Shown: in pieces, positions 25,116-35,378 of the stretch
Position numbering within the stretch: position 1 is the stretch's first letter
How the letters are laid out: each line of letters opens with the position of its first letter
Virus record (IMG/VR): IMGVR_UViG_3300011439_000031
Span: 1 to 43,623 of that record
Direction: 5' to 3' (one strand)
Length of the DNA: 43,623 nt
Source: a virus
Taxonomy: Duplodnaviria > Caudoviricetes
Notes under the pieces: model-generated
The model's database searches: none
The model's input: the letters and a program-made list of their open reading frames with translations, nothing else
Told to the model about the DNA's origin: nothing
Translations under genes and position numbers: made by a program

Positions 25116-25733
25116 ATGGATACTCTTATTCTAATCCGAAAAGTACAACGCTCCTTTGGTGATGACAACTCTATCTTCATTAAAACTGATGATATTTTGG
25201 ACTGGATTAATGATGCACAGCTACAGATTGTTAGGGAGACGAACTGTCTAATTGAAGAAGTCTTTGTTCCAGCCAATAGCTTTCCTTGGACTCTTCCCAA
25301 TAACTTTCTTAAAACGGCTAGAGTTCTTTACGGCGGGAAGTCTCTTCCTTATATCCCTGTTGAGACACTTGATTCTCAAACTACTGATCTTATGAATACA
25401 GCTGTACCTGCTTACTTCTATTTCATTAAAGAGGAGATGAGGCTGTACCCGGCGGCTGTACCGACAGATCTTGTAAGTGTTACTATCCAGTACGCTAAAC
25501 TTCCAATTATGTTGACAGCGGCGGCAGAACAATTGACTGTTCCAAATGTTTATCATGAAGATATAGTTCGTTTTTGTCTCGCCCGCGCACATGAGCGTAA
25601 CGAAAACTACAGGGGTATGGAAATAGCTATGGCTGAATTCTCCTCTCGTATCTCTGATAGAATTGATGAGACAGATGTACAGGATGAGGTTTACTCCACT
25701 ATTCGTGACGATCCTTTCTGGGTAGGCTTCTAA
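25116..25733 (+). CDS. Head-tail adaptor (podoviral)
   Basis: ILDWINDAQ..I, LYP.., and P..YHEDIV.F.LARA motifs; ~200 aa, precedes the nozzle-like gene. Confidence 0.7.
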   Translation: MDTLILIRKVQRSFGDDNSIFIKTDDILDWINDAQLQIVRETNCLIEEVFVPANSFPWTLPNNFLKTARVLYGGKSLPYIPVETLDSQTTDLMNTAVPAYFYFIKEEMRLYPAAVPTDLVSVTIQYAKLPIMLTAAAEQLTVPNVYHEDIVRFCLARAHERNENYRGMEIAMAEFSSRISDRIDETDVQDEVYSTIRDDPFWVGF

Positions 25734-27487
25734 TGATTTATGGCGAAGAGTCAGAACCTATTGACTTCTCTCAAGGTCTTTGGCTAAGTGATAGTCCTGA
25801 TCTACATACAGGTTTCTGTTCTGTTCTTAAGAATCTCTTTGTAACGCCTATAGGTTCTTTGATTATTCGTCCTGGCTTTATGCAAGCCTTCCTAGGTGTA
25901 CGGACATTTGCTATAGCTCAGTCGGGTCAGCAAATTTCAATGGGAGGCATTCTTAATTATAGGTCGGCTTCTTACTACCCTCGGTACGTTACTAAGATGG
26001 TCCCTCTTATTCCTAATGACTCGATTAAGAATGCTCCCATTCTATTTGAGCCGCATAAGAGTAACTACGATCCATCAGTCGCCTCAGGGAACTACGATGT
26101 TCGTATAGTGAATTCGGCAATTGCTACTGCCGGTCAGGCACCTGTAGTTAGTAACTATTTCTGGAGTCTAACAGATAAATATCCAACTAGTAACTACGCC
26201 CAGTATAAAGATAAAATTTATGCTTGGTGGGAGAGTGTGGGGGTCGGCGTTGTTTCTAACTGGGACTTTACTACTTCTAATCCTCGTACTCTTACTAGAA
26301 CCCTAGTACCTACTTCACCAGCTAACCAAGCGTCACAGCTTTCTTTTAACGCCTATCTGGACGTTTATAAGGATCGACTCTTCTTGACTGTTGGTAATCG
26401 AGTGTACTTTACAGAAACGGCTGCTCCTGGTGGCTATCCTGAGACGTGGGATATTGCCGTTAACTTCTTTACACTCCCTGTACCAACCGTGTACAAGACT
26501 TTCGTCTTTAATAACATCCTGTACTTCTTTACAAGTTTAGGTATCTGGACTCTTCAAGTTAATGGTCCTCCTGAGTCTTGGATTCTTAAGCTGCTCACTC
26601 CTACAGTAAGTGTTACTCATGAACAAGCTATTTGTCTGAACACGACAACCTTTTATTATACTCAGGGGAACGCTGTATATGCTTACAACGGCGGCCAGGA
26701 GTACGTGAAGATTTCTGATCCTATTGAAGAGTACTTGGAGGAGGTACATTCTATAGGAGTTTTCGCTTTTGAAGATGGTTGCTTAGTTAGTACGCAGAAA
26801 TACAAACCTTCTACGGCTGATCCTACTAAAGCAACTATTGACTCCACACGAGTATTCTATTTTAATAAAAACGTGTGGACTGAAATTACGATGTTTGAGG
26901 CTGCACTAAACCCTCTTCTTATTATCATTGGATCGGCTGTACAGGTCGCTGCCGATATTTCAAATCAACGCCCCACAACTTACTTTACCTATCTAACTGG
27001 CCGTGACTCAGCTATGTTTATCGGTACAGCCTTTGTAGATAGGGACCATCATATGGGTGATGGTAATTTTATTCAATCTCCTTATAACTATGATACAGAT
27101 AGGGCTAACGAAGCTCTTCAAAGCTGGGAGTTTGCAGTTAGTTTTAACCCTGCTTTCAATAAAGAGAAGCGTGTTAAGTACGGGTACATGGATATTCTGA
27201 GCAAGGAACTGGACTACGAAGTTGAGTTCCAACTGAACATAGAAGGAAAGGGCTACTTCTCTAGTAAACACGTCGTGTTAGAGAAAGAAAGCCCTACAAA
27301 CGATAACTCTTTCAATATTCAGTTCCCTGTTGATAACTACGCTCGTCGTCTTGATATCAAAACTAAGGGAGAAATTACTTGGAGTGGACTTGTTAAGATT
27401 CCTATTAAAACTTCTCCAATTGAAATCAAGAGAATGATGCTTGTCTATAACACTGGTAGATCAGAGGAAAAATATGTCGCTGGATGA
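25733..27487 (+). CDS. Tail nozzle/stabilisation protein (P22 gp10 / T7 gp12-like)
   Basis: DFSQGL...N.FV...GSL..RPG N-terminus; beta-propeller-like YKDRLF...NRVYF. Confidence 0.65.
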   Translation: MIYGEESEPIDFSQGLWLSDSPDLHTGFCSVLKNLFVTPIGSLIIRPGFMQAFLGVRTFAIAQSGQQISMGGILNYRSASYYPRYVTKMVPLIPNDSIKNAPILFEPHKSNYDPSVASGNYDVRIVNSAIATAGQAPVVSNYFWSLTDKYPTSNYAQYKDKIYAWWESVGVGVVSNWDFTTSNPRTLTRTLVPTSPANQASQLSFNAYLDVYKDRLFLTVGNRVYFTETAAPGGYPETWDIAVNFFTLPVPTVYKTFVFNNILYFFTSLGIWTLQVNGPPESWILKLLTPTVSVTHEQAICLNTTTFYYTQGNAVYAYNGGQEYVKISDPIEEYLEEVHSIGVFAFEDGCLVSTQKYKPSTADPTKATIDSTRVFYFNKNVWTEITMFEAALNPLLIIIGSAVQVAADISNQRPTTYFTYLTGRDSAMFIGTAFVDRDHHMGDGNFIQSPYNYDTDRANEALQSWEFAVSFNPAFNKEKRVKYGYMDILSKELDYEVEFQLNIEGKGYFSSKHVVLEKESPTNDNSFNIQFPVDNYARRLDIKTKGEITWSGLVKIPIKTSPIEIKRMMLVYNTGRSEEKYVAG

Positions 27488-27914
27488 GATTAAGCTGAAA
27501 GCTAAGCCTCTTGATGAGACTTCTCATGATAATCCAGAACTTCATTTTATCGGTGGCTCTCTTCTGCAACCTACTTTCGTTACAGACGTCGTTGCTGGTC
27601 AATCTAGTTTTGTAGGAGTTCGTCCAGCAGCAGCTAGAGAAGATCATGTACACGGAATGGCTGGAGCTACTACTTGGGACGTAGAAGCTACAGAAGATAG
27701 TGTAACTATTAATGGTCCTGTAATTCTAGACTACTTAATGGTTGGTGACGTAGTTCTTATGAAGAGTGGATCTAAAGTCCGGAGATTTAAGATTTCATCG
27801 TTACCAGTAATGCACGAAGACCATACTTTCTTTAATGTTACAGAGACTCTTTCTATAGGTGATCCATTTGAAGCTAGCGATCCTATCTCTATTGACTTCT
27901 ATCTAGTAGGTTAA
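27474..27914 (+). CDS. Hypothetical tail-associated protein
   Basis: GAGG RBS before ATG 27474; AREDHVH motif as seen in fibre proteins. Confidence 0.55.
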   Translation: MSLDEIKLKAKPLDETSHDNPELHFIGGSLLQPTFVTDVVAGQSSFVGVRPAAAREDHVHGMAGATTWDVEATEDSVTINGPVILDYLMVGDVVLMKSGSKVRRFKISSLPVMHEDHTFFNVTETLSIGDPFEASDPISIDFYLVG

Positions 27915-27915
27915 A

Positions 27916-28164
27916 ATGCCTTTTTCTGGACTAGACCGTGTAGCTGCTCAGAGACTTAAGCGTCCTCGTCCACTTGACGGGAACAATAAACGTGCTACAA
28001 TGGCAAGAGGAAAGCCTGTATATAGACTGGGTTCTCCTAACCCAGCAGGATCGAATCAACATAACCCTAGTCAAATGGGTCCATCAATGACGGAACGTTT
28101 TGGACCTAGTTCTTTTGAAGAACTAGCCAGACTTTCAGCTATTAAACTAAGGGGTCATTCATGA
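27916..28164 (+). CDS. Small basic hypothetical protein
   Basis: Operon packing. Confidence 0.6.
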   Translation: MPFSGLDRVAAQRLKRPRPLDGNNKRATMARGKPVYRLGSPNPAGSNQHNPSQMGPSMTERFGPSSFEELARLSAIKLRGHS

Positions 28165-28397
28165 CAGAGCCTACAGCAATTGCTGATGATCTTCTTCCTG
28201 AGGATGCTTATGACGCAGGTGATCCTTTTCATGAGCGCCTAGATGTACTTGAAAGAGCTATTAAGTCTTATATACTTAATCCAGATCCAATTCGACGGCG
28301 ACCTCTCCTAAACCTTCTAGATAAGTTGCAAGATGAATCTCTTATCTTTATTGATAGGTTAACAGAGGCTCGTGCAGAAATGATGAAGGGGCGTTAA
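28161..28397 (+). CDS. Hypothetical protein
   Basis: ATGA coupling. Confidence 0.65.
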   Translation: MTEPTAIADDLLPEDAYDAGDPFHERLDVLERAIKSYILNPDPIRRRPLLNLLDKLQDESLIFIDRLTEARAEMMKGR

Positions 28398-28398
28398 G

Positions 28399-29286
28399 AT
28401 GGGCTCCCGTTACCTTACAGATTTAGATGATGTATGTCGTCGTACAGGGTATCCTGTAGTTGAAGTAGGAAGTGCAAAGAGTACACCTGGTGATGCTTGG
28501 AAGAGTCGTTCTCGTAGTTCTGGTGGTTATGATTCTGGTAAACCAAATCATATTATTGCGCACCACACGGCCGGACCTAGCGATGGTTGGAAACTTGCTA
28601 ACTATCTTGTTTTTGACCACTCTGATCGCCCTTGTGCTAATATTAGTTTGATGCGTGATGGTGCAATTTACGTACAGGCTGGGGGCGCATCTAATCACGC
28701 TGGTACAGGTCAAGACCCTTGTTCTCCTAATGTCACTAGCGATGATTACATGAACTCGCAGTCAATTGGAATTGAAGCTGCAAACTTAGGTGACGGTGAA
28801 ACTTGGCCTAGTAAACAACTTGATAGCTACGTTAGGCTTTGTGGTGAGTTGTGTAAGGCTTATGATATTCCAGTTGAAAGAATTCACTCTCACTTTGAAT
28901 GGGCACCTGATAGAAAAGTAGATCCAGCTGGACCACCTAAGTACGCCTCAGGTGGAAATAAGTGGGATATGAATGCTTTTCGTCGTGACGTTGCTGATTA
29001 TCTAAATGGAGACTTACCTCCTCCTGACCCCGATGATTTTGAAACTGAAACAGTTACTATGGAGCTTCCTAATCTTAAAAAGGGAGACCGTGGTGATGCA
29101 GTAAAGCGTATGCAGCATCTTCTTGCAGCCGCTGGTTATCTGGAAGAAAACCCCAATTATTTCGATGGAGATTGGGGTAACGTAACTGAAGAAGCTAAGA
29201 TCGCTTTTGATGTTGCTCACGGATTGACTCCTTCTCCACCGTCCGATTGTGGACCTAAATCATGGAAGGTTTTGCTCGATGGCTGA
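28399..29286 (+). CDS. Endolysin: Amidase_2 N-acetylmuramoyl-L-alanine amidase plus peptidoglycan-binding domain
   Basis: IIAHHTAG, NHAG, SIGIEA, HFEWAPDRKVDP; C-terminal LKKGDRGDAVKRMQ..L...DGDWG..T. Confidence 0.9.
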   Translation: MGSRYLTDLDDVCRRTGYPVVEVGSAKSTPGDAWKSRSRSSGGYDSGKPNHIIAHHTAGPSDGWKLANYLVFDHSDRPCANISLMRDGAIYVQAGGASNHAGTGQDPCSPNVTSDDYMNSQSIGIEAANLGDGETWPSKQLDSYVRLCGELCKAYDIPVERIHSHFEWAPDRKVDPAGPPKYASGGNKWDMNAFRRDVADYLNGDLPPPDPDDFETETVTMELPNLKKGDRGDAVKRMQHLLAAAGYLEENPNYFDGDWGNVTEEAKIAFDVAHGLTPSPPSDCGPKSWKVLLDG

Positions 29287-29803
29287 AAAAATGGTTAAAC
29301 CAAAGATGAAGGGTCGTCGCCCTCTTATGCCTCTGGATAAGAAGAGTCTACCTTCTGCTAGCGATATGGCTAGATCAAAGGCTAACGCTCGTTCTGCTGT
29401 AGTTTCAGGACTTCCTAATAGAACTGGTCCTCCGGCTCCAACTACTCCTGAACTTGATTATCAGAAGAAGAGGCGTGAAGCTTATGGTCGGGGAGAAAAT
29501 CCTGATCTGACTACTAAGCCTTATGAAAAGCCTCCGTCTAATATGGAAAAAATGCCTACAATTACTCCAGGCTATGCTCCTGGTAAAATGATTTCTACTA
29601 AGCCTACACCGACAACTAGACTTACCCCTAAGCCTTTGCCTTCTGGCCAAGACTTGCCGATGTCTATTAGTCCTCCTCCTTACGGAACAGCAACTAAGAA
29701 GGTCAAGCGTTCTTCTCCCAGAGGTTTGAGTGGAGTTAAAGGTAAGGCTCTTCTGGCAGAACTTGCTAAGAAGAAGTTGAAGATGAGAGGCCAGGGAGGC
29801 TGA
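29279..29803 (+). CDS. Basic, Pro/Lys-rich low-complexity protein
   Basis: Operon packing; composition. Confidence 0.6.
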   Translation: MAEKMVKPKMKGRRPLMPLDKKSLPSASDMARSKANARSAVVSGLPNRTGPPAPTTPELDYQKKRREAYGRGENPDLTTKPYEKPPSNMEKMPTITPGYAPGKMISTKPTPTTRLTPKPLPSGQDLPMSISPPPYGTATKKVKRSSPRGLSGVKGKALLAELAKKKLKMRGQGG

Positions 29804-29804
29804 A

Positions 29805-30500
29805 ATGCCCATTAGTGGAGAGTTTGCTACAGCCCTCCAACGACTTCTAGAGAAGTTGCAGCAGGATCAGGCTGAGATTGATTTCCAGGAACAGATTAAG
29901 CGTAGACTGTTTGGAACTCAGGAAAGTCAGTTGAATGAGGCTCATCCACTAGCTTTGCGTACCTCTAATCAGAACCTTGCAGATCGTGGACTTGTTCAGT
30001 CTGGAATTGGCCTAGGTCAGCATGGCAACATTAATCGTGCTTTCATGGAAAATCTAGCTGGCCTTCGTCAAGAGAACACTGAAGATCTTTCTAGCTTTGC
30101 TAAGCAGAGACTCTCTAACCAGGCTACTTATAACTGGAACTTTGCTGATCTTCAACGTCAGTGGGCACAGAGTGAAGCAGAAAAAGCAGCTACAGGGATG
30201 CTAGGTAATCCTAATCCGGTTGCTCCAACCGCTCCTGCTGTAACTCCCCCTGCTGCTACTGGAGTTATTCCTGGAGTTCCTAAGACTAAGCCTCGAACAA
30301 TTACTCCTAAGAAGCCTACTCCTAAGAAACCAGTTAAAAAGGTAGTTCCTACAGGTGAGCAAATTAAGCCTAGGCCCCTAGGTAATACAGGTGGTAAGCC
30401 TGCTGGACTCACTTCTGGACTTATCATTGATAAGATTAAGCAACAAGGTGCTAAGAACTTTAAGAACAAGCCAGTTATTGGAGCAAGGGGTGGCTACTAA
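29805..30500 (+). CDS. Putative internal virion/ejection protein
   Basis: LADRGLVQSGI motif; Q-rich helical region; basic tail; GGAGG RBS. Confidence 0.6.
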   Translation: MPISGEFATALQRLLEKLQQDQAEIDFQEQIKRRLFGTQESQLNEAHPLALRTSNQNLADRGLVQSGIGLGQHGNINRAFMENLAGLRQENTEDLSSFAKQRLSNQATYNWNFADLQRQWAQSEAEKAATGMLGNPNPVAPTAPAVTPPAATGVIPGVPKTKPRTITPKKPTPKKPVKKVVPTGEQIKPRPLGNTGGKPAGLTSGLIIDKIKQQGAKNFKNKPVIGARGGY

Positions 30501-31840
30501 TGCCTACTAAGAAAAAGGAACCGTTGCCGCCGTATGATCCATATAGCGGTACAGTTTCTGCTCCTGGAAAAAACCAACTTCAACCACCCTTTAAGGTAAC
30601 AAACACAACTAAGGGTCCAGTTAGAAGTAAGGACCTTATCCCTAATCCTAAATTGGCTGCTGGTATTAAGCAAGCTAACGCTAGACATGATTATCTAACT
30701 CCAGAACTAGCTGCGGCTATTAAACGACAAACTGAACACGCTCCCACGTATAAGTCTGGTGGACTTTCTCCTGAGTTTATTAAGGAGCAGTCAACAGCAT
30801 CGGCTCAGAGGCTAGCTAATAAAATTCTATCAGCTGTTGCAAGTACTTCTCAAGGTGGCGGAGGCGGCGGAAGTAAACCAAAGAGTAGTGGAGGTACTAA
30901 AAAGAAGAACACAGGTACAGGAAGTAAAGGTGGACCTGCTGCTCCGGCCGCTCCATCTGGTCCTAGTGTAACTGATCTTATTAATGATATGTATGATAAG
31001 TTGCTAGCTGAAATTGGTACACAACAGACTAATACGCTTGGTGATTATGATGCTACTAAGGCTACAATCACTAATCAGTATAAGACAGCACAACAAGACC
31101 TGTACGCTAAGTACCAGGCTACACAAAACCCTCTAGCCGCACAGGCAGCTAATCTTGGAGTTGACTACGGTAACTCTTCAATTAACGCTACACAAGATGC
31201 CGCCATGAAGAGACTTCAGGAAACTGGTGACCTTAGTTTGACTAGTGATCTAAGTTACTTGGACAAGATGAAGTTGATGCAAGAGCAAAGCTTTGGTGCT
31301 CTAAAGACTGGTTCTCTACAAGAGAAGGCAGATGCTCAGCTACAATATCAGATGTATTTGCAACAACTTGCCGCAGAAGCTGCTAAGGCTAAATCAGGTG
31401 GTGGAGGGGGCGGAGGTTCAAAAAGAAAGGGTGGCGGTGGAGGTTCTGGTGGAAGTGGTGGAGTAAAGAGTTCTGCTACTTCAACTTCTACCTCAGTTGA
31501 TACTGGAATCAACTCTTTGATTGCTGATCTTATTGCTCAAGGTGATTATGAAGGTGCAGCTTCTGTTCAAAGAGGTTATGATATTCAGCAAGGTGGCGCT
31601 CTAGGAGCAGCTACTAAAGCTAGTACGTACACGCCTGGCAAGGTTACTAAGGTTAAAACTAATACCTCTCGTAACTCTGCCATTACTTCAATTAAAAATG
31701 CTGGTCAGACAGCTAGAAATACTAAGGCTAAGGCGGCTGCTGATCGAGCTGAGAAGGATCGTCAACTTTATCGGTCAATCGCTAAGGGCTACGGTGGAGT
31801 CTTCACTACCAGTACTGTTAAACACACAGGTAAGCCGTAA
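30500..31840 (+). CDS. Putative internal virion/ejection protein
   Basis: A/Q/G-rich with poly-Gly linkers; position in the operon. Confidence 0.6.
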   Translation: MPTKKKEPLPPYDPYSGTVSAPGKNQLQPPFKVTNTTKGPVRSKDLIPNPKLAAGIKQANARHDYLTPELAAAIKRQTEHAPTYKSGGLSPEFIKEQSTASAQRLANKILSAVASTSQGGGGGGSKPKSSGGTKKKNTGTGSKGGPAAPAAPSGPSVTDLINDMYDKLLAEIGTQQTNTLGDYDATKATITNQYKTAQQDLYAKYQATQNPLAAQAANLGVDYGNSSINATQDAAMKRLQETGDLSLTSDLSYLDKMKLMQEQSFGALKTGSLQEKADAQLQYQMYLQQLAAEAAKAKSGGGGGGGSKRKGGGGGSGGSGGVKSSATSTSTSVDTGINSLIADLIAQGDYEGAASVQRGYDIQQGGALGAATKASTYTPGKVTKVKTNTSRNSAITSIKNAGQTARNTKAKAAADRAEKDRQLYRSIAKGYGGVFTTSTVKHTGKP

Positions 31841-31844
31841 CTAA

Positions 31845-34800
31845 ATGGGTGCTGTCCAAGATCGTGAGAAAGCTTTCCAAGATGCGTTTAATACCATGCT
31901 TGGAAATAAGATCGGACGTCCACTCAAGCCGTACAAGAACTACCAGCCGTCAGAGAAAGTACGAGCCGATCTAAACAAAATTCTTATTGAAGGAGCTAAG
32001 GCACAAAAAGAAATCCTAGCTGGACCTAAGCGTCGAACGTCAGCTAGTGCAGGTAAAAAATCTGAACTCACTCCTGAACAGAAGTCAGCCCGTCAAAAGC
32101 AATTTCTTAAGGACTCTAAGGTTACTAAAGAAGGTAACCGTTCTTTCTTTGATAAGTTTAAGGACGTTGTAGGACGTGGCCTGAACCTAATTTCGCGACC
32201 GGGATTTACAGTTACAGGAGCCCTGTACGAGCAAGCTAAAGCTATGGCCGAGGGTGAACCTTTCTGGTCTACTCTTGATGAAGTAGCTTATGGTGGTTGG
32301 AGAGGTTTATCAGGACAAGCACAACACGGTGCTGGCGACGTTCTCAGAGAAAAGAAGAAGGGCTACAACTATAAGGGCGGCGGTATAGGTGGCTTTATAA
32401 ATGAAGCTGCTCGTATTGGAAGTTTGCCTGTAGATTTTCTTGGCGCCGCTGCTACTGTTAGTAATCAACTACCTAAGGGTTGGCAAGTTAATTTCGATCG
32501 TGCCATTGGCTTAATTGGCGATGTAGGTTACGACCCGCTAACTTGGACAGGTGCAGGAGCAGTTGGTAAAGCTAGAAATGTAGCTGGAGCAACTGGCAGA
32601 CAAGCCTTTGAAGAAGGTGCGGGTAGAGTTGTAAGAGACGCAGTAGAAGGTGCTGGCCACAGTCGCTCTATTGCTGATGACGTTGTAAACGCTATTGTTC
32701 CTAGAGTTGATGAAGTAAGTCTAGATATTGGCAGAGGCGCACAAAAGACTAAGACTCTAGGACGTCGCCAAATCATAGATCAAGTTCCAGACGTTACGGG
32801 GGAGGCTGTACGAACTCGAATCCTTGAACCTGTACGTACTAAGATGGAACAGATTACGAGCACGATGAAGTTGAATCGTACTCCTAATCAAAACGTCATT
32901 AGAGGCTGGCTACACGCTGATCCCAACTTTAGAAACGTCTATGATAAGTTCGTTACTAACGCACAGCAGATGGCTACGCATCCAGGAGCACTTGATATTG
33001 ATGATGCTCTGAGACTGAGTTTAGAACAATTCTCTACTGAAATTGCTCCCCACATCGATGATATTGTTGACGTAGTTAGATCTGGACTTAAGAGTAACCT
33101 AATCACGGCGCCCGGTATTAAGGTTGGTGGCAAGGTAGTTGCAACCTCTGACAGAATGGGGTCTGCACTTAACAGAATTGCTGACAAGATAGCTGAAGGT
33201 CCGCTCGATGAGATGATGAAGAGTTTGTCTTATGGGCGAGGTAACCCAGGTGTCTCTCTTGGAATGGGTGGTGTTACTCGTTCAGAACTAACTCATACCT
33301 TCAAGCAACTGTTTAGAGAAGTTGAACTACGTGGCAAGTCAGTAATTAAGGAAGATGCTAGAGTAATTCAAGAAGCCTTGCAAGACGGTGTACAGCTTGC
33401 TGACCCAATCTTGGAAGGACACAGAGTTTGGCTTCGTCAGAAGTATGATGAAATCTTTGCTCTAGAAGAAGCATACGGCCTGCGTACAAGTAACTCTGTT
33501 GTTGCTAATAATCGTCGTCTAAGTGATTACGTGTACACTAATCTTAAGTCTAACTCTAAGTCAACTAGAGAACTTAGAGATGCTATGAGAAAGAGTGTTA
33601 AGCAGCACGGAGATTACAGAAACTTCACACTAACTGATCTGCAAGCCGCTGGAGCTAAGCCGGAGACAAACGCCTTCAACAACTTACTAGCTCGACAGAT
33701 TAAGGCTAACAGAGATATTGCACCAATCCACTTTGCACGTCAGATAAATGAGAAGTTTGGTATTAAGGGTACACTTTCACACAACGAGATAGTTCGCCGT
33801 AAGCTGATTCCAGTTAGTGCGGATAGTAGAGAGTTGCCACCTAGTCTCGCAGCTTCTCTACGTCCTGGTGAGAAGATGTACCTCACCAAAGAGAGTCACG
33901 AAATTCTAAAGAGGTACAGAACGTTTGCTGAGACAGGCTCTAAGGAACACCAAGCTCTTCTGCACTCAGTGGATTACGTCACAGGTAAGTTCAAGCGACT
34001 TAGCACCCTGTACTACCCTTCATTCCATATCCGTAACTTCATTGGGGATATGTATATGGGAGCTATTGATGGGGTTGGTGTACGAGACTACCTTAAGATC
34101 TTTAACAAGTGGAATAAGAGAGCATCTAGCACTATCTCAATTGGTGGGACTCAGCATTCCTTTAGTGATCTAGTTGAACTGTACGAACGCAATCTTTCGT
34201 CGTCTGGTCACTTTCTACAAGAGATTGGTGAGACTCCTCTCTTTAAGGGTAAGCGTATTAGTGGACGTGTAGGAGACTGGGCTGAGAAGAGAGAGGATTT
34301 TGGTCGTTTCACTCACTTCACTCATGCTCTAGATGAGGAGATGAAACACAACCTTACTAAGTACACTGATCCTGCAAAGGCGTGGGATAAATCCGTACAG
34401 GCAGCAACGTACAGGGTTAATAAGTATAAGTTCGATTACTCTGCTTTAACGAACCTGGAACAGAAGTACATTAAGAGAATCATTCCGTTCTATACGTATC
34501 CTCGTAAGGCACTATCAACACTCGCAGAAGCTACTTTAATCTCGCCACGAATTCTATCTAACACAGCACACGGCATTATTAACTGGCAACAATACGCCGA
34601 TAAAAATAACCCTGGCTTTGATCCTATTGGAATGCCAGGATGGATGCGCGACTCTCCCTTTATTCCATTTGGAGGCGGAGCAGCACCGCTAGGTATGGAT
34701 GTTGGTGGTCTTCTTCCAATGCAGGGTGCTACGGACTGGATGCAAAATCCTATGTCCAATATTAACCCGCTCTTCCGTGGAGTTTCAGACCTAGCTTATA

Positions 34801-35180
34801 ATGAAAACCCCTTTACGCACCAAGACGTGAAGAACCCGATTGACGTAGTTCTACAGAACCTTCGTCCCGTTAATGAGTACAAGCGTCTTACTAAGGACGC
34901 CCCACCTGTTGTTAAAATCTCTAATATCCTGGGTATTCCTATTAGGAAAGCCACTCAGGGACAACAGGATGCTCAGATTAATAGCCTTCTTTTCAAGGCT
35001 AAGGGACAAGTTACTAAACTAGATACTCGCGGCATGGAACAGGGATACCACGTTTACTACAGTGAGCGTAAGGATGGTATTGACGTTCGTATTGAGGACG
35101 TTAATACCGGGAAGGTTACAGCTTATCAGACTATTCCTGAGGCTGAGGAAGCTCTAAATAAACTTCTTGCCGGAAAGTAA
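31845..35180 (+). CDS. Large internal virion/ejection protein
   Basis: 1111 aa; DPLTW, FHIRNFIG and KFDYS.LT..E...KRIIPFY motifs typical of podoviral large polyvalent/ejection proteins. Confidence 0.7.
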   Translation: MGAVQDREKAFQDAFNTMLGNKIGRPLKPYKNYQPSEKVRADLNKILIEGAKAQKEILAGPKRRTSASAGKKSELTPEQKSARQKQFLKDSKVTKEGNRSFFDKFKDVVGRGLNLISRPGFTVTGALYEQAKAMAEGEPFWSTLDEVAYGGWRGLSGQAQHGAGDVLREKKKGYNYKGGGIGGFINEAARIGSLPVDFLGAAATVSNQLPKGWQVNFDRAIGLIGDVGYDPLTWTGAGAVGKARNVAGATGRQAFEEGAGRVVRDAVEGAGHSRSIADDVVNAIVPRVDEVSLDIGRGAQKTKTLGRRQIIDQVPDVTGEAVRTRILEPVRTKMEQITSTMKLNRTPNQNVIRGWLHADPNFRNVYDKFVTNAQQMATHPGALDIDDALRLSLEQFSTEIAPHIDDIVDVVRSGLKSNLITAPGIKVGGKVVATSDRMGSALNRIADKIAEGPLDEMMKSLSYGRGNPGVSLGMGGVTRSELTHTFKQLFREVELRGKSVIKEDARVIQEALQDGVQLADPILEGHRVWLRQKYDEIFALEEAYGLRTSNSVVANNRRLSDYVYTNLKSNSKSTRELRDAMRKSVKQHGDYRNFTLTDLQAAGAKPETNAFNNLLARQIKANRDIAPIHFARQINEKFGIKGTLSHNEIVRRKLIPVSADSRELPPSLAASLRPGEKMYLTKESHEILKRYRTFAETGSKEHQALLHSVDYVTGKFKRLSTLYYPSFHIRNFIGDMYMGAIDGVGVRDYLKIFNKWNKRASSTISIGGTQHSFSDLVELYERNLSSSGHFLQEIGETPLFKGKRISGRVGDWAEKREDFGRFTHFTHALDEEMKHNLTKYTDPAKAWDKSVQAATYRVNKYKFDYSALTNLEQKYIKRIIPFYTYPRKALSTLAEATLISPRILSNTAHGIINWQQYADKNNPGFDPIGMPGWMRDSPFIPFGGGAAPLGMDVGGLLPMQGATDWMQNPMSNINPLFRGVSDLAYNENPFTHQDVKNPIDVVLQNLRPVNEYKRLTKDAPPVVKISNILGIPIRKATQGQQDAQINSLLFKAKGQVTKLDTRGMEQGYHVYYSERKDGIDVRIEDVNTGKVTAYQTIPEAEEALNKLLAGK

Positions 35181-35342
35181 TAGTCTGTACGCCCCTGTGT
35201 TGTAGCCAGATATAAACACTCACTAGCGGGCTGTACGTCGCTCTACGGTCATTCTAGGCCCCTCTGGCGACCCCTCTGAGCAGGTCTTATGCGGTATGTC
35301 CTCGACCATGTGTGCTAGTGACATCACTATACAAGTTGCCTA

Positions 35343-35372
35343 TAGTCAACTGCCTATCCTATGTGGTATAAT
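35343..35372 (+). promoter_or_regulatory. whiB promoter TAGTCA-N18-TATAAT, predicted leaderless transcript
   Basis: TGTGG-TATAAT with the hexamer at 35367-35372; ATG 35379 falls at the expected +1. Confidence 0.75.
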
Positions 35373-35378
35373 AGGGGC

